Notes: a model not told the origin generated them from the letters alone. A stretch of 64,000 nt of DNA from Eledone cirrhosa (GCA_964016885.1 OZ024743.1:367474001-367538000); one strand, 5' to 3'. Counted from the stretch's first letter, positions 14,436-29,814 are shown. Numbers and translations are program-made.

Positions 14436-14947
14436 TTTATTTGCCTTCAAGATACTTATCTAATTGGTTATGCCAAAATTTTGTAACAATTGTCGACAAA
14501 ATAGAACAAAATTTAAAAAGACTCACCAGTGGTAAAAACAAAGTGGTATGATGCCTTGTGACAATAATAGTAGTAATAATGGCAATGATAACAACAATAA
14601 TAATCAAAAACAAATCAGAATTAGCTCTTAAATTAACATACAATGTCTAACTTAGTAGTTATATTATTAGCACAAATCATTGTATATATGTGACACACAC
14701 ACACACACACATCGTGAACAAAGAAATGACTGAATGGTTAAGAAGTTTGCTTCAGATTTATGAGATTTGGGTTCGATTCTACTTTGGCATCTTGGTCAGG
14801 ATTGTACCATAGTCTTGAGTCAACCCAAGCCTTGTGAGTGAAACTGGGTAGATAGAAGACAGTTTAGCAGCCCTTTGAATGGGTTATACTTGCAATTCAA
14901 ATGAACAGCTTAATCACACTGTGTGTCCCAATGCAAATGACAATAAT

Positions 14948-15250
14948 AATTGTTTCTACTTTTGGCACAAGGCCAGCAATTACCCAGTGCATTACTGGTA
15001 CTTTATTTTATCGACACCGTAAGGATGAAAGGCAAAGTTAACCTCGGCGGGATTTGAACTCAGACCGCAAAGGGACGTAACTATGCTGGAAAGCATGGCG
15101 TCCGACCCTCTACCGATTCTGCCAATCCACTGCCCTGATAATGATAATAATAATTGTTTCTACGTTTGGCACAAGGCCAGCAATTACCCAGTGCATTACT
15201 GGTACTTTATTTTATCGACCCCGTAAGGATGAAAGGCAAAGTTAACCTCA
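14948..15250 (-). mobile_element. SINE: one full copy and one partial copy in tandem
   Basis: 14948-15135 is full length; 15153-15250 is the 3' half. Confidence 0.85.
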
Positions 15251-16417
15251 GTCAATCACTATGAGTAATAGTTGAGAAAATTGGATAAAATATTTCCTGG
15301 AGATGGAAAAAAGTGGATGCAGGCACTAGCAAGGAATTGAATTACAGGTATCTCAGATACCAGATGTGTGTGCTAACCACTATACTCTACAAGAGTACTG
15401 TGTAGTACTGTACACTACAGTGCTCAATAAGAGTACAGTACTCAACAGCACAATGTTCAATAGGAGTACTGTATAGTTAATGGACATCTAGTCATATTGC
15501 AGTGGTTTGTTCAAGTAAATAAGTTTAAAAAAATGTCAAGTGATTCCAGATCAATCTCCGATCATCTGTGTAAGTCATACCATTAAATCTCAAGACTGCG
15601 TGTGACTGGCATAAACAATTTTTATACTCATGAGGCATGATAAACAACCACCAGTTAGTTTAATTGACAGAGGAATTCACACATCCCTTCTCTCTTTCAT
15701 ATATGTATATATACATAATATACACCAATATATGTAAACACACACACACATGTTACATTGAATACACAACTATGTACTAGTTTTATCTTATCAAGAGTTT
15801 CATATAATGATGTTGTCATGTAGTAAGCAAAGTTAATATGGTTGGTGTAGACATTGAATTTTAACCATTAGATTTAAATGCCACCAGTCAAGTGTTTATT
15901 TTTGTTTGTAATGAGTGTATGTCATCTCTATGTTTATTTAAGCATTGTGCCATAGTATGAGTATTGCTTCCATCATTAATCCTCAGTTTTTATGGGCAAT
16001 TCTGTACAGTAGAGATGTTTTGTCCACTTATATTTTCCGATCTGGTTTTGTTTTGTTATGTAGTGTAGTGACTTTTAATTAGTTCTTGTTGTAGTGTGTA
16101 GTATAGTATAGTGTAGTGCAATGTATTTGGTCCATGTATTTGCAATGTAGTGCAATGTATTTGGTCCATGTATTTGGACCAATGTATTTGGTCCATGGTG
16201 AACTGGTGTGTGAGTATTGTACATGTAAAACCAACATAGTAAACTTGTACTGCCAATATAACAATTGGAGTCATGAAGTTTACAACTTTCATGTTTATAA
16301 TGTTTACAACTTTCATGTTCATAATGAAGTTTATAAATTCCATTAATCTTGTGATTTGTTATTGATAAGAAAGCTTTTAGTTTTAGTGTTTTTTGAGAAT
16401 ATTATTAGTGTAAATTT

Positions 16418-16560
16418 GCAGCAAAGAGTTACGGCCCTTTACGGTCTGAGTTCAAATCCCACCGAGGTTTACTTTGCCTTTCATCCTTACGGGGTCGATA
16501 AAATAAAGTACCAGTAATGCACTGCGTAATTGCTGGCCTTGTGCCAAAAAGTAGAAACAA
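16418..16560 (+). mobile_element. 5'-truncated SINE with TSD
   Basis: TSD attattagtgtaaattt at 16401-16417 and 16560-16576. Confidence 0.85.
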
Positions 16561-16621
16561 TTATTAGTGTAAATTTATGATTTGATAATGAGTCCATTTA
16601 TTATAATACGCTTTATGTGTG

Positions 16622-16798
16622 GTTTGTGTACATGTGATGTCTGATGTATTTCTGTATTGTTCTGTGACTTGATCTATTAGTTTGTGTATGTGTGATGTCT
16701 GATGTATTTCTGTATTGTTCTATGACTTGGTCAACTAGTTTGTGTACATGTGATGTCTGATGTATTTCTGTATTGTTCTGTGACTTGGTCAACTAGTT
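16622..16798. repeat. 58-bp minisatellite x3
   Basis: gtttgtgtacatgtgatgtctgatgtatttctgtattgttctgtgacttg starts at 16622, 16680 and 16738. Confidence 0.9.
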
Positions 16799-18424
16799 TA
16801 TTAGAATAGTCTTGCTGATTAGTCTTTCTTTTTATTCTGTGGATTTCTTTATTTAATGCTTCATTTGTTGAGAATGACAGTGCCAAGCATTTTTAACACA
16901 ACTGTCATCTTCCATATATACCTCACATCTTTGTACCAATGCAGTCTTCTTTCTTAAGCACTACATCTGATTACTTTTATACTCAATTTTTCATAATACT
17001 CAATCATTACACAAAGAAAACAGTTCCCTGAATGTTTTCTACCTCGTTCTTATTCTGGCTGCTATGATGTTGATACATCCACCTCCATACTAATTAAGTC
17101 AACAAAGCAACAGACTACTAACTACTTTTAGTAAGCCTTTTGAACACCTGCATATCAGTGATATAAAAGATTTTCCAACTCTGTCAGTCTACTGGTGATC
17201 CCACTACACCTCTTGTACACCCAAAATTTTACATCCAGTTCAATGGTTAAAATTTCTACCTACTTCTTTCATATAAAGAATGGTTACATTCTAGATGGCA
17301 GTAGGATGCTGTACTTTTTTGCTACCATATTTGGAATTTGTTTTCTTTAAATCTTTGCCAGATTTATGTGTGAGAACTAGACCATCAGCATATATGAGCT
17401 CTTATGAACGGCTGGTTTTAAACTCTTCTGTTATGTCCTGGAGAACTATAACAAACAGCAGACTGAGAATGAAGCCCTGGTGAACACCTACCTACATGCT
17501 ACATTCTTCACTAAATCCATTGCTAACTCTCACTTTGCTGACAGCATCTCTGTCTATGATTTGTACATTTCCCACATGATATTCATCTACACCTAGTTTT
17601 CTTACTGACCACTATAAGTAATGAAGGTATTTCATTAGAAATGTCTCTATTTAATATGTTTTCATTACACATACAAATACACATAAGTATTAACAAATTA
17701 TTTGTATGTTTAAAATATCTAAAAGAACTTGCCAAATATGGCTTGTGTCTTAGAATTAATTTATTTAATCAGTTATTTTTATATTAGTTAAAATTTGATT
17801 TCTTTTAAAGTATTTTTAAAGAATGTTATTGTTTTATAAGTCTTAGTTATGTATTTAGTGACAGAAAATTATAATATAAAAATAAGAAAGGATTCAGTTA
17901 TGACACTTCTAGCTTAATTTTTAAAAATCAAAGTACTTTTGTCTTGATTTGTTTTGTATTCCCCACTTCTTTAGTAACACACAATACTTGATGTTTAACG
18001 CCTCCACACTGAAGATATCTGAAAAATCAGTTAATCTTTTTCTTCCATTAGCATAGAAAATACATTATACTCTCTTTCTATGTTAGCAAATATGAGGAAT
18101 TCAATAACAAATTGTTTAACAGACCTCCAACTCATTTGATCAGCCAAACATATATAAATGAAAGGATATCCTATTTATACAAATACCCACAAATATTTTC
18201 CAAATCCAAAGCTTCTTACAACAAGTTCCATCTGATTAAATGTCATTTGAAGAGTGTGTGACAAATAAATACAATCTATATAATATATTGAATAGTTTTT
18301 ACTTGTTATTGCTAAACAGACATACATATGTATATATACAACACACCCAATATTTCATAACATAAGTCAAATACATATATGTAAAATCTACGAATATATA
18401 TGTGTGTGTGTGTGTGTGTGCGCA

Positions 18425-18493
<69 letters not shown>

Positions 18494-19199
18494 ATGTATG
18501 TATACAAATGTACACACCTATATTACATACATACATACATTTATACATGATGGCTGCAACTTGATTTTGAGTCATGCCATCGCTTGATCAGCATCACAGA
18601 TGTGGTTTTATAGTCCTGCTAGAGACGTGCCTATGGCCAGCCATGCCATGCATTGAAAAAAATCAAGCGGTGTCTGTACTTGAAGCTTTTTTAAGTGAGG
18701 AAAATATTTGCATGGGGCCAATCCCAATCTCCAAACATCGAAAGCATTTACCCAAAAAGTAGAACTGGTCTACATCATTGGACGTAAATGAAGTCGCAGG
18801 TGTTATATCAGAGTGGCCTTCTAGAGAGATGTCTTAAGGAAGACTAGGAGTCTCTCATTCAATAAAAAAATTATTTATTAGATGGCCATTGACTCTCCTG
18901 ACTTCCTCCGCCTTTGATGGGTCTTGTTTTCCATCCCGCAAGGTATCCCAAATCACCCTCCTCACTAAGCAAGCTTAGTGGGGTTGCCGGTTTAGTTGCC
19001 AACAACCTGAACATGCACAGGCTGTACTGGGTTACATGTTATCTGTAGCACTGAAGAGCGACATTCATACATACAAATATAAATATATATGTGTGTGTAT
19101 ATATGTATAGTATACACAGCCTAATATTTCATATAAATTAAGTATATAAAATATTATGATATACATATTACACATATCATCATCATCATCATCATCATC

Positions 19200-22100
19200 A
19201 TTTTATGTCCGCTTTTCCCTGTGTGCAAGGGTGAGACGGGTCCTATTCAGCACAGCATCTCTCCACTTGTCACGGTCCTTTGTCATCTCCTTCGTGAGTT
19301 TCAGCGATCTGAGGTCTGCTCTCACCACCTCCGCCCATGTTTTTCGTGGTCTACCTCTACCACATCTTCCTTCAACTGGTATTTTCTGGCACTTCTTCAC
19401 CCATTGGTCATCCTCCATGCTCATCGCATGTCCATACTCTCGCAGTCTTCTCTCTCGCACACCACAATCTATCCCTCTCAGACACAGTTTCTCTCTCAAC
19501 ACATCCATGCTCAGTCGTTCACGCACATTGACATTGCACATCCAACGGAGCATGTTTGCCTCATTCCTCTCCAGCTGTCGCATATCCTCTGCAGTTGCTG
19601 CTCATGTCTCATTACCATGCAGCATCGCGCTCCTCACACAGGCATCATATAACCGGCTTTTCGTACAGGGAGAAACCCTTCGCAGGGAGAAACCCTTCTT
19701 CGTCAACAGAGGAAGCAGCTCCCTAAACTTCTTCCAGCCCGTCCTTATTCTAGATACTATGCCTTGGAACATCCCCCTCCCATGCTAATCTGATCTCCTA
19801 GGTACCGGAAGCTATCCACAACTTCTATAGCACCTGCCTGCATTTGAAAAATGTGTCTATCAATGCGACTTCTACTGTCTAATTTCCCTGTACATCTACT
19901 GCATACGTATTTCTCCCTACCTGTTAGTTTGCCTGCTATCCCACTACTCTCTTGTGTACCCAGGATCTGAATTGTGTGCATTTTATAGAATTTATGCCAG
20001 TTCCTTTTCTGCATATCGAACATGGCTATTTCCCTGAGGGAATCAGAGTTTTGTCCTCTCTTCTACTTATCAACACTTTTGTCTTAGCTATCTTCACTCT
20101 CAGTCCTCTTGATTCCAACTGCTGTTTCCATAGCCAGAATGTATTCTCTAGCTCCTCTACTGATTCTGCTATAAGTACCAGATCATCAGCATAGAGAAGT
20201 TCCCATGGACAGCCAGTCTTAAACTCCTCTGTTATAGCTTGGAGGACTATAATGAACAAGAGCGGGCTGAGGACCGAACCCTGATGTACTCCTACTTGTA
20301 TCTGGATTTCATCACTAAACTCCATTCCCACCCTCACTTTACTGACAGCACCTCTGTACAAAGTATGCACGGTCCTCACAAGCCATTCCTCAACACCTAG
20401 TTTCCTTAGGGACCACCAGATGACAGATTGGGGTACCCTATCAAAGGCCTTCTCTAGGTAAACAAAAGCTAAGTATAGTGGCTTATTCTTCTCTAAGAAC
20501 CTCTCTTGTAATTGTCTCACCAAGAAGAGGGCATCTGTTGTACTTTTCCCAGGCACAAAACCAAACTGCATCTCATCTAATTTGATCCTTTCTCTAATTA
20601 GTTGCGCTAATATCCTTTCTGCCACTTTCATAACCTGATCCATCAGTTTTATGCCCCTATAATTGCTCCTCTCCAGAGCATCCCCTTTACCTTTGTAGCA
20701 ATTTATGAGAATACTGTTGCACCAGTCTTTGGGTATGACACTGCCATATATAGCCTGATCGATGATGTGTGCAACCAGTTTAGTGCCTACGTCCCCTGAT
20801 GCCTTCAGCATCTCAGCAACTATCCCCGATGGTCCAGCGGCCTTACCATTTTTCATTTCCTTAATTGCCTCTTGGACCCTATATTCGTCAATCTCAATAG
20901 CTGGTTCCTCTGTCGGATCTACTGAGGGTAATTTCTCTCTCTCCCATTCGTTCTCCACATTCATCAGTCTCTCATAATGACATTTCCAGGCCTCCTTTTT
21001 CTGGTCATTCGTGACACTAAGTACACCGGCATCATTCCGGACATATTTATCTCCAACAACATCCTGATTTGCATTGACACACTGCCTTGCAATACGGAAC
21101 ACCGCACGTCACTGATCTTCCTGTCGCAGAACAATGGCAAACCTCCTACTCTCAGCCTCCCTGCATGCTAAGTACACCTGACGTATAGCTTCTCTCTTAG
21201 CGGCTGTATATCCTTCCCTACACCCACCCTTTTTCCAAGCATTCCATGCTAGTCTTATGTCTCTAATGGCCCTATCTACCATGCTGTTCCACCACCAGGT
21301 CACTCTCTGTCTCGTTGGACCTCTGCTCCAGCCACAAGTTTCATCAGTAGCCTGCAGTAAGTTGTCACATAAGAAATTCCAATTATCATCTACTAAACAA
21401 CTCTACATACAACTCTAAATCGTCTTCTTTTTCGTCATACACATCTTGAAGGGCTTTCCTAAATTTGAATTTTAGTGAAAGGTCTTTTAGCTTCCAGACC
21501 TTTTTTCTCCACACCTTCATGTATGTCTCATTCCATCTCTTGCTTACTGAGATATCACTAATGACTAACCTATGTTGTGGGGTACATTCTTCCCCAGGGT
21601 ATGCCTTGGTATTTGACACCATCTGCCTGTCCTGCTGCCTAATTAATAAGAAGTCAATCTGGCTTATGTGCTCGCCTGATTTGTAGGTTACTAGGTGGTT
21701 AGCAGGTTTCTGGAAGTTAGTGTACTTGCATCACAAAATTCAAGAAGTCTCACTCCTTCTTCATTTCTTGAGCCGTAACCATGCCTACCGTATACCCCAG
21801 TGTAACCATCCTGGAGCTATCCAACATGACCATTGAAGTCCCCTACTAGCATAATGATGTCTCCATCCTCTGTCATTGTGGCTGTTTGTAAAAGTTGTTT
21901 GTAAAAGTTGCTTGTAAAAGCAGTCTTTCTCTTCTTTACCTAGGCCTGCTTGGGGAGCATAGGCAGAGATGATGGTCAGTAGTCTCCTGCCTACGACTAA
22001 TCTAAGCTTAATTATTCTATTATTAACTCGAACTACCTCTATTGTCTTATCGATCCATCTCTCAGCCAGAAAAATGCTCACTCCCCCTAACTCATCATCC

Positions 22101-22610
22101 TTACCTACCCAGAAAAGCTTATAACTAAGATGTTTGTCTGTGATTAGTCTTGCAGAGACACCTCTCCATCTCACCTCTTGCACACAGCACACATCCACAT
22201 GCCTTCTCTCCAGCATCTCCGCTATCTCACCAGATCTACCTGTGAGAGTGCCAACATTAAGTGTGGCTACTCTGAGATGCGACGTCTTCATATTTTTGTT
22301 CATTTTCCTGTAGTGCGATTGCTTGAAGACGGTCAGGGAGTTCTCGCACATGGCCGCACCAGCCACCCCACTACCATGTGCAGCTCTAACATGGTTAGTG
22401 CTATTGCTGTTTACGTAGTTATTGCGATATATAGTTGTTGCTGTGCTCATAATTGTTTTGGCATTAATACACTGGTTGGATGCCCTTTCTAACACCAGTG
22501 CCACTTTACAGCATGGACTGGGTGCTTTTATTCGTGCCACCAGCACTGGAGAGGATGTCTTACTAGACTCATGGGCCCTCTCTACCCCTCCATTTTACAG
22601 CATGGTCACA
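19200..22610 (-). mobile_element. Near full-length RTE-clade LINE (APE endonuclease + RT), frameshifted
   Basis: LRVATLNVGTLTGRSGEIAEML..VDVCCVQEVRWRG and ISAYAPQ (APE); NYRGIKLM, QFGFVPGKSTTDA, LEKAFDRVP, GVHQGSVLSPLLF, LLYADD (RT); (GAT)n tail at ~19178-19200. Confidence 0.92.
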
Positions 22611-23230
22611 ACAATAATAACAATAATAATAACACTATTAATAATTATTAATTAATGCAATCGTGAAATGCCTGTTCATGAAGTATATTTTTAAAGTGAA
22701 GAAAGACTGTGCACTGAGCCAATCCCACTCTCTGAGCGACAGTAGCTATAACCCGAAAAGAAGAAAAGATCAACATCATCGGTAACTACTGACCCGCAGG
22801 TCTTATATCGGAGTTAACCCAGTTTCCTGAGATGCCTTCTCCTAGAAGAATGCCCTGACAAGGCTAGGGGTCCTTCACTCCCAGTGGTTTAACTGCACAA
22901 TATTATAGTTGTTGTTTTCTTAAGGCCCGATCGCTGGTGATGGTGGTGGTGGTGGTGGATGGTGGCAGTTATGTTGTTGTTGTTGTTGTTTGTTGTTCCT
23001 CTTAATGTTCATTTCATTCTGTTGCTGCTGTTGCTGCAGACAATGGTGTTGTTGCTGTTGTTGTAGTTGCTTCGACTGTGTGATATATATATATATATAT
23101 ATATATCATCATCATCATCATCATCATCAGGTTTAGCGTCCGTGTTCCACGCTTGCATGGGTTTGGACGGGGGTTTTCCCACTTGAGGCAAGAGTGGTTG
23201 TCTTGCTCGCATAGGACTGTACACATACAC

Positions 23231-23263
<33 letters not shown>

Positions 23264-24207
23264 TTCAACACAGACAATGGTGTTGTTGCTGTTGTTGTTA
23301 TTGTAGTTGCTGGGTTGAAATTTTAATTTTAATTTCATTTCACAATGTTATTGAAAATTCCTGCTCATTCAACACCATTATTTATCTTTTATAATTTCAT
23401 TTAATAAAATATTTTTCATATATAAAATTAATTTATTGAACACATAAACATACAAATTATAAAGTATTTATAACCTGTAACATTTGTGAAACCAGTTCAC
23501 TTGCAACAGTCATTCACTGGAGAAGTTTAACCCTTTAACATTTACGTTACTCTATATTTACTATTTTATTTTTGTGGAAAGGCTTTACTGCACATAATTA
23601 TCTCACATAATATCGAATCTATGAGATTTTGATGTTATTTATTTTAAGAACAATACCTTAACATCAGTATGAGTGGTTGGTTACAGCTGGTTTGAAAAGA
23701 AAGAGACGAGAGAATTCTGGCTAGATATGGCCGCTTTAATGCCAATCCATACTTTATAGTTATGAAATATACTTCACATCTTCATTGAACAATTATACTA
23801 TGAAACCACATAGTTTTGAAGCAAATTTCTTAACCCCACAGCCATGACTGCACCTACCACTAGTAGACATGTTGTATTTTACGACCTTGCACTGATTATA
23901 GAATGGAATGATGTCTTAGTGATTCATTTTTAATAGTTTTGTTCACAATATTTTCTGCCAGCTTAACTGGAATAATCTCACCTCTTGAAATTTGTTTTGG
24001 CAAATTTGAACATTTATCATTTGCTAGATATATGTCTTTTTTATTGGTAACCACTCAACCACACAGCAAAATGAAAGCAAACAGAGCTACGTGCCCTGCC
24101 CAGGGGAAACAACACAGCCATTGTATTAAACTTTGAACTCATGGACAGTGTGGCCCAGTGACCAGTCCAGCACTTTAACCTTACAAACATTATTATTATA
24201 TCACCTG

Positions 24208-24238
<31 letters not shown>

Positions 24239-26194
24239 TATATATTTGTACACATACACAAACACAATCACACACACACGTGCGTGCACACACACACACA
24301 AGTTGATATCAATCATTCTTTGAAGTTAACACTGAAATAAGTAAAATATGTGCATCTATCATATTTTAACCTCTGATTAATAGCATAACACACTATATAA
24401 AAAATGCTAAACTTCTAAGATTTTTCCAGAGGCAGGAATTAAATACAGTGTTGTGCTAATGATTTTTCTTTTATCTCATACAGACATAGGATTTACACAT
24501 AAAAGAACAAGTTTGTTACCTGGTGGCTAATATATGATAAAGTGGAAAATATTAAATTCACTGTTGTTGAAACTATTAATCAGTCTACATTCTTAATGTT
24601 TCTCAATGCATTTATTTTTGTTTTATAAATCAGAATGTATCCATAAATGTTCTGTTTAATGTGGTTGTCAACAATTTCTATAAGTTCACCTTCAAATAAC
24701 CAATTAAAACATTTACCCATAGCAGAAGAAAAGTAAACTGTGAACTATTAAAGTGGTTAATAAAAATAAGACCTTTGAATAGAGCAGAATGTTACCTTGT
24801 GAAAATATTTACTTTAAAATATGTCACCAAGAAAATTTAGTTTGATTTATATCATTTTGAAACAAGATGGTGAACAAGTTTTATTAAATACAATCATATA
24901 GAATATTTTAAAATTGAAAAAAACAAAAAAAAACAAAACTAAACAAAAAAACAGACATAAAAGAAAACTGGAAAAAGAAGGTAAAGGAAAGAGATAGTGA
25001 GGGAAATTAAGCTATTTAATAACAAAAACAGATAAAGAAAAAAAACAACTGGAGTATTTTTTATTTCAATCTAGAGTAATTTGTAATTAATATTGAGACT
25101 TTGAGAAATAGTGTTAATTTATAAAAGATATATATCAACATTTGAGAACTGAGGAAGAAGATCAAGTCTGGAACTGATCTTTCCACATTACTGAGAATTT
25201 GGTAGATGCCAGATTCATTCCATAACAAACATTGTTGGACTTCTGTTGTTTCTAACAATGAGTGCTCCAGTCAATAGAACTGCTAGTTCATGAAATTAAC
25301 ATGTGATTCTTCAACATATTTCTCAGGGAAATTTAGCGTCATACAACAGGTGACAAAGCTGGTCTCTTGAATTATAGGTAGAACTCCTTTTTGCCAGCTA
25401 AGTTGACAGGAGCAATGTGAAAATACTGAAAATTTTGCTTTATATTACGTTTGATATATACACTTGAATGCCTAAACTTCACATAATCCAATCATAGCAT
25501 ATCGAACAGCTAATTTTCTGGAATTATAGAGATTATTCTATAATTATTCCAGTCTTTCCATTTTCACATAACTTTTATACATATTAAAAATTTAGTTGGC
25601 AGAAGAAGTGAGGTGATGTTTATGAACTTTACAGTTCTCCCAGACTGCTCAAATTAATAAAGTTGTTGTTCATTACAATATTATAACACAATGACAATAG
25701 TATTGTTACTCAACATTAAAAAACAATTCTAAACATCCAATTGTCCAGGGTATTCAGACTTTATCAGTGATTCATTTCTTTATTTTTAACATTTAATCTC
25801 CTCTTAATCCGTGTCTTCACTTGCCTCACCTTTGACTATTTCATATGGAATTAAACTTTTCTCTAAAAGATTTCTATTATCAGAAGAGATATTGATATTT
25901 TAAAAGTTAAAATTAAAATAGTTCAGCTTCTGAGAGTAGTTACTCAATAAGCAAATTACTTTTTGTTTATGATACGAACTGAAGAACCAGTCCAAAAGAT
26001 TACTCACTCCATATCTGGCTATGATAATAAACAATCCAAAATTCATAATGGAAAGCTGGTTGAAACTTTCCTTACTAGATCTTATATTGATGGTTAGGTT
26101 GCTGATGTGGATGATGATGATAATGATGGTGATGTTAGTGATGATGATGTGATCATGATGATGAAACGATGATGATAATGGAGGTGTCAATAAA

Positions 26195-26800
26195 ATGATA
26201 ATAGAAATAGTAGATAGTTTCTGTTATGTGGGTGACCAAATTAGCAGTGGAGGAGGGTGTCCTGAAAGCACAGTAGCCGGAGTGAGAACGGGGTGGCGAA
26301 AGGTCAGGGAGTTACTACAGCTGCTAACTACAAACGGTCTTTCCCTCAAAATGAAATGCATGTATACAAACAACAATGTTGCATGACAGCGAGACTTGGG
26401 CACTGTGTGCGGAAGACCTGCAAAGATTGGAAAGAAATGAAGCCTCCATGTTTTGCTGGATGTGCAATAGCAATATACGTGAACGGCAAAGTATAAATGA
26501 ACTGTGAGAGAAATTAGGCATAAGAGGGATCAGATGCAGTGTGCAGGCGAGGAGATTGTATTGGTATGGACATGTGATGCATACGAAGGGTGACAGCTGT
26601 ATAAAAAAGTGCAGAGAGCTCAAACTCGATGGAAGCTACGGAAGTGGGCAGGCCTAGGAAGACTTGGGATGAGATGATAATACCTGACCTTGAAAAATTG
26701 CACCTCTCACAGGTGATGACACAAGACAGTGATCTCTGGTGCTATGCAGTAATGCAGAAAACTCAACCCCCCATATGCAGGAGTTGAAGCATACATGTAG
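26195..26800 (+). mobile_element. RTE-clade LINE 3' fragment
   Basis: IEIVDSFCYVGDQISSGGGCPES..RTGWRKVRELL, same family as 19200-22610. Confidence 0.8.
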
Positions 26801-27702
26801 TATGCACCACCTTCCCTCCCATCACCTCTCCCATACATTGCCCATGTTGTAATCACCCCACCCCTATATCTACCTCTCCAATTACCCATGCATCCTCCCC
26901 ACCCAAATCCCCATACTATAAGCCACCATTCTGAAGCCATGACAATAAACGCTCTGTCCACATTGAAAAGTGGTTGTATAGGTGTCATGACAAAAAGCAT
27001 GCAGCCCACACTGTAAAGTGGTTGCGTTGGTGACACAACAAAAAGTGTCCAGCTCACACTGTAAAGTGATTGTGTAGAAGTCATGATAAAGAGTGCCCAG
27101 TCCACACTGTAAAGAGGTTGTCTAGGAGTCATGATAAAAAGGACCCAGCACACACTGTAAATGTGGTTGGCGTTAGGAAGGGCATCCAGCCGTAGAAACC
27201 AAGTCAAAATCAGTTCTGTGTGAGCAAAACATGGTCCCCCAACCTGGCTGTCTCACAATGGGACAACTCTTCTAATTCATGTTAGCAATGGACATTAAAT
27301 GATGATGATAATCATGGTGATGAGCATGATAATAAGGATAATCTTCATGATAATAATGATAATGATGATAATGATTATGATCACAAAGAAGTTATAACAG
27401 AGATCCTAATACTAATCATAACAGAGATCACAGAGAAGATATAATAGTGATTATAGTGAAGTTGTAATATGATCATAACAATGTGTCATTCTTAGGTGTC
27501 ATTCTGTCATAAATATATAATTTCATTCCAGTCAATTATTGCTGAACAATTACATTTTATTTCCATTGCTTTAGTAATATGATAACATCATTTATTGCTG
27601 CGATAGAATTAGATGATTTTCATCAAATATCAAGAATGTTATTACAGAAATGGTAATAGAGTTTATCACCAACAAGAAACTTATATAAAGAAAAGTTCTT
27701 AC

Positions 27703-27846
27703 CGACATCAGGGTTCCAATATTAGATTTAGCAAAGTTTATAACATCTGTGATGACAAAGCCACTTCGTTTGGATGCTAGGCTCCATAAAGCTGTTAAGT
27801 TTCCTCCAGCCAATATCTCAGGTTTATCAACAAGATTTGTGTTATT
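27703..27846 (-). CDS. TMEM245: TMEM245-like internal exon E (144 bp)
   Basis: ctaccag|AAT...TCG|gtaaga. Translates NNTNLVDKPEILAGGNLTALWSLASKRSGFVITDVINFAKSNIGTLMS; the end resembles TMEM245 DIVSFVHENIETFLS. In frame with exon D. I found no further downstream exon in 1-27700. Confidence 0.85.
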
Positions 27847-27959
27847 CTGGTAGCAGGAATAATAATAAAAAAAAATGAATATAAATAAAACCATAAGATT
27901 TAACAAGAGACCATATATATAATGTGTTAATAAATGTTGAACACTATGAAATTTATGTG

Positions 27960-28540
27960 GCATACATCACAGTAACAGAAATGAATTGATCACAGAAACT
28001 GCAATGAATTCATCACATACATTGCAACAGACCCATTATATTAATTGCAATAGATTCATCATATAAACCAAAAGAGATCATTATATAAACTGCAATGGCT
28101 ACACTGCATTAACTACAGTGGATCCATCATATTACATGTAAAGAATCCATCATATTAAATATAATAGATACAAAATATTACTTGAAATGGATTTACCATA
28201 TTAACAGCAATGGGCCTATCACATTAACTTGCAATGGTTCCATGATGTTAACTGCAATGGATCCACTAGATTAACAGCAATAGGTCCATAATATTAACTG
28301 CAATAAAGTCATCAAACTATTTGCAATGAACCCATTATATTAACTGTAAGGGACCCATCACCATGAGCCTATCACATTAACTGCATTAGATTCATTATAT
28401 TAGGTTTCAAAGGATTGAGTTCAATAATTGTAGCAGTTCAATCATATTAATTACAATAAACCATCATAGTAATGGCAATATCCCCTTTAAATTAACTGCA
28501 AGGAATCTATCACAGTAACTGCAATGGATCCACCACTAAA
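27960..28540. repeat. Degenerate ~22-bp tandem repeat
   Basis: Recurrent catattaactgcaatggatc-like units; similar decayed units continue after the Helitron (31170-31400). Confidence 0.65.
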
Positions 28541-28974
28541 ATGTATCCCCTGGCAGAAGAAAGAGAATTTGAACTCAAAATGCACAAAGCCAGAATAGAA
28601 ACCACTAAGTATCCCACACTACTTTTTAACATTTCCACCAATCCACCACTCATGGACTGGTACTTTATTTATCAACCTAAAAGAATGAAAATGTAAAGTT
28701 TTAACCATTGCAGGTTTTGAACTCAGAAAGCAAAAAGCCACAAAAAATTCTGAGGCATTTAATTTGATGCTCTAATGACTTTGTCAGTTCATTGCTTATT
28801 ATCTATCATATGATCCCTTTTTTACAACTATAAAAATGTTATTCTATTAAATATAACTAGCAGAAAAACCGCCCTTCAGGTGGTTTTTCTGCTAGCATAT
28901 ATAGTGCGCATATTGGTATTATATGCAAATATGCATATAGATATATGTAAATTGAAAAGTAAATTGACAATATC

Positions 28975-29580
28975 TTCTTCTTCACCCACTTATTTCTGAG
29001 AGGGTCGTGGGGGCAGAGTCCTTCTCAAACACTCCTTCCAGTGAGTCTGTCAGTAGCAAACATCTCTAACTGATCCAGCTGGATCCCAAAGTGCAACCAG
29101 CCAAGCTCATGGATGTTATCCAAATATCTTGCCCAGGGTCTACCTCTGGGTCTCTTGCAGGTTGGTTTTGCCTGTAAAATGTGTCCAGCGATTCTTTACT
29201 GAGACATTCTAACTACATGCTCATAATGTCAGAGTTGTGATCTCTTAATTCGAAGAAGTAGTGGCTCTACCAGGAGTGACTGTCTGGTCTCTGAGCTATA
29301 CACTTTATCGAATAACGTTACTCCAAAGACCCTTCGGAGGAATCCCATTTCTGCCGCTTTTATTTGCAATTGTATTCTTTTGGTCATTACTCAAGATTCA
29401 TGATCCTCGGTAAGAGTTGGCAGGAATACCAGGAAGACAGCGAGTTTGGCTTTTACACCTAGCCCTTCATCTGATTGCTGAGGCTGGCACTTTACTGCAT
29501 CAGCTTTAGCAATTCTTGCACTTAATTCAGCCTCCTGCATTCCATCACTCATGAGCACAGCTCCACAATACTTGAACTCC
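28975..29580 (-). mobile_element. RTE-like LINE 3' fragment (second family) inside the Helitron
   Basis: Reverse complement is colinear with 34660-35220, including a (GAA)n tail. Confidence 0.75.
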
Positions 29581-29814
29581 TCTAACTACTTCAGAAGAGC
29601 TCCATTCACATGTATATAAATTTGAGGAACTTCTGTTCACCCGTCCATCACACAATGTGTGTTTGTGTGAATGTATGTGTGTATGTAAAAGGAAGGAAAG
29701 GGATACACACATATATATCTCTAACTTAAAAACAGTGACACACACACACATGTCTCTAATTTAAGAACGCCGACAAACTCACGCGCGCACATACACACAC
29801 TGTCCTATTACCCC

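Noticed and set aside
14515-14650. Hydrophobic minus-strand ORF ending at a GTGAGT donor-like site, candidate next TMEM245 exon
   Set aside because: Hydrophobicity comes from ATT/GTT repeats, and it does not resemble the expected LES.W...GTA.LNF segment.
16622-16798. Regular repeats that might suggest a CRISPR array
   Set aside because: Head-to-tail units without unique spacers, eukaryotic context, no cas genes.
18000-18035. CTGAAGA-TATCT-GAAA
   Set aside because: Too short for stem II and no stems I or III; chance match.
18890-19062. Structured GC-richer segment, possibly an RTE 5' leader with an HDV-like ribozyme
   Set aside because: I can see hairpins (CACTAAGC-AA-GCTTAGTG) but could not assemble the nested double pseudoknot by eye.
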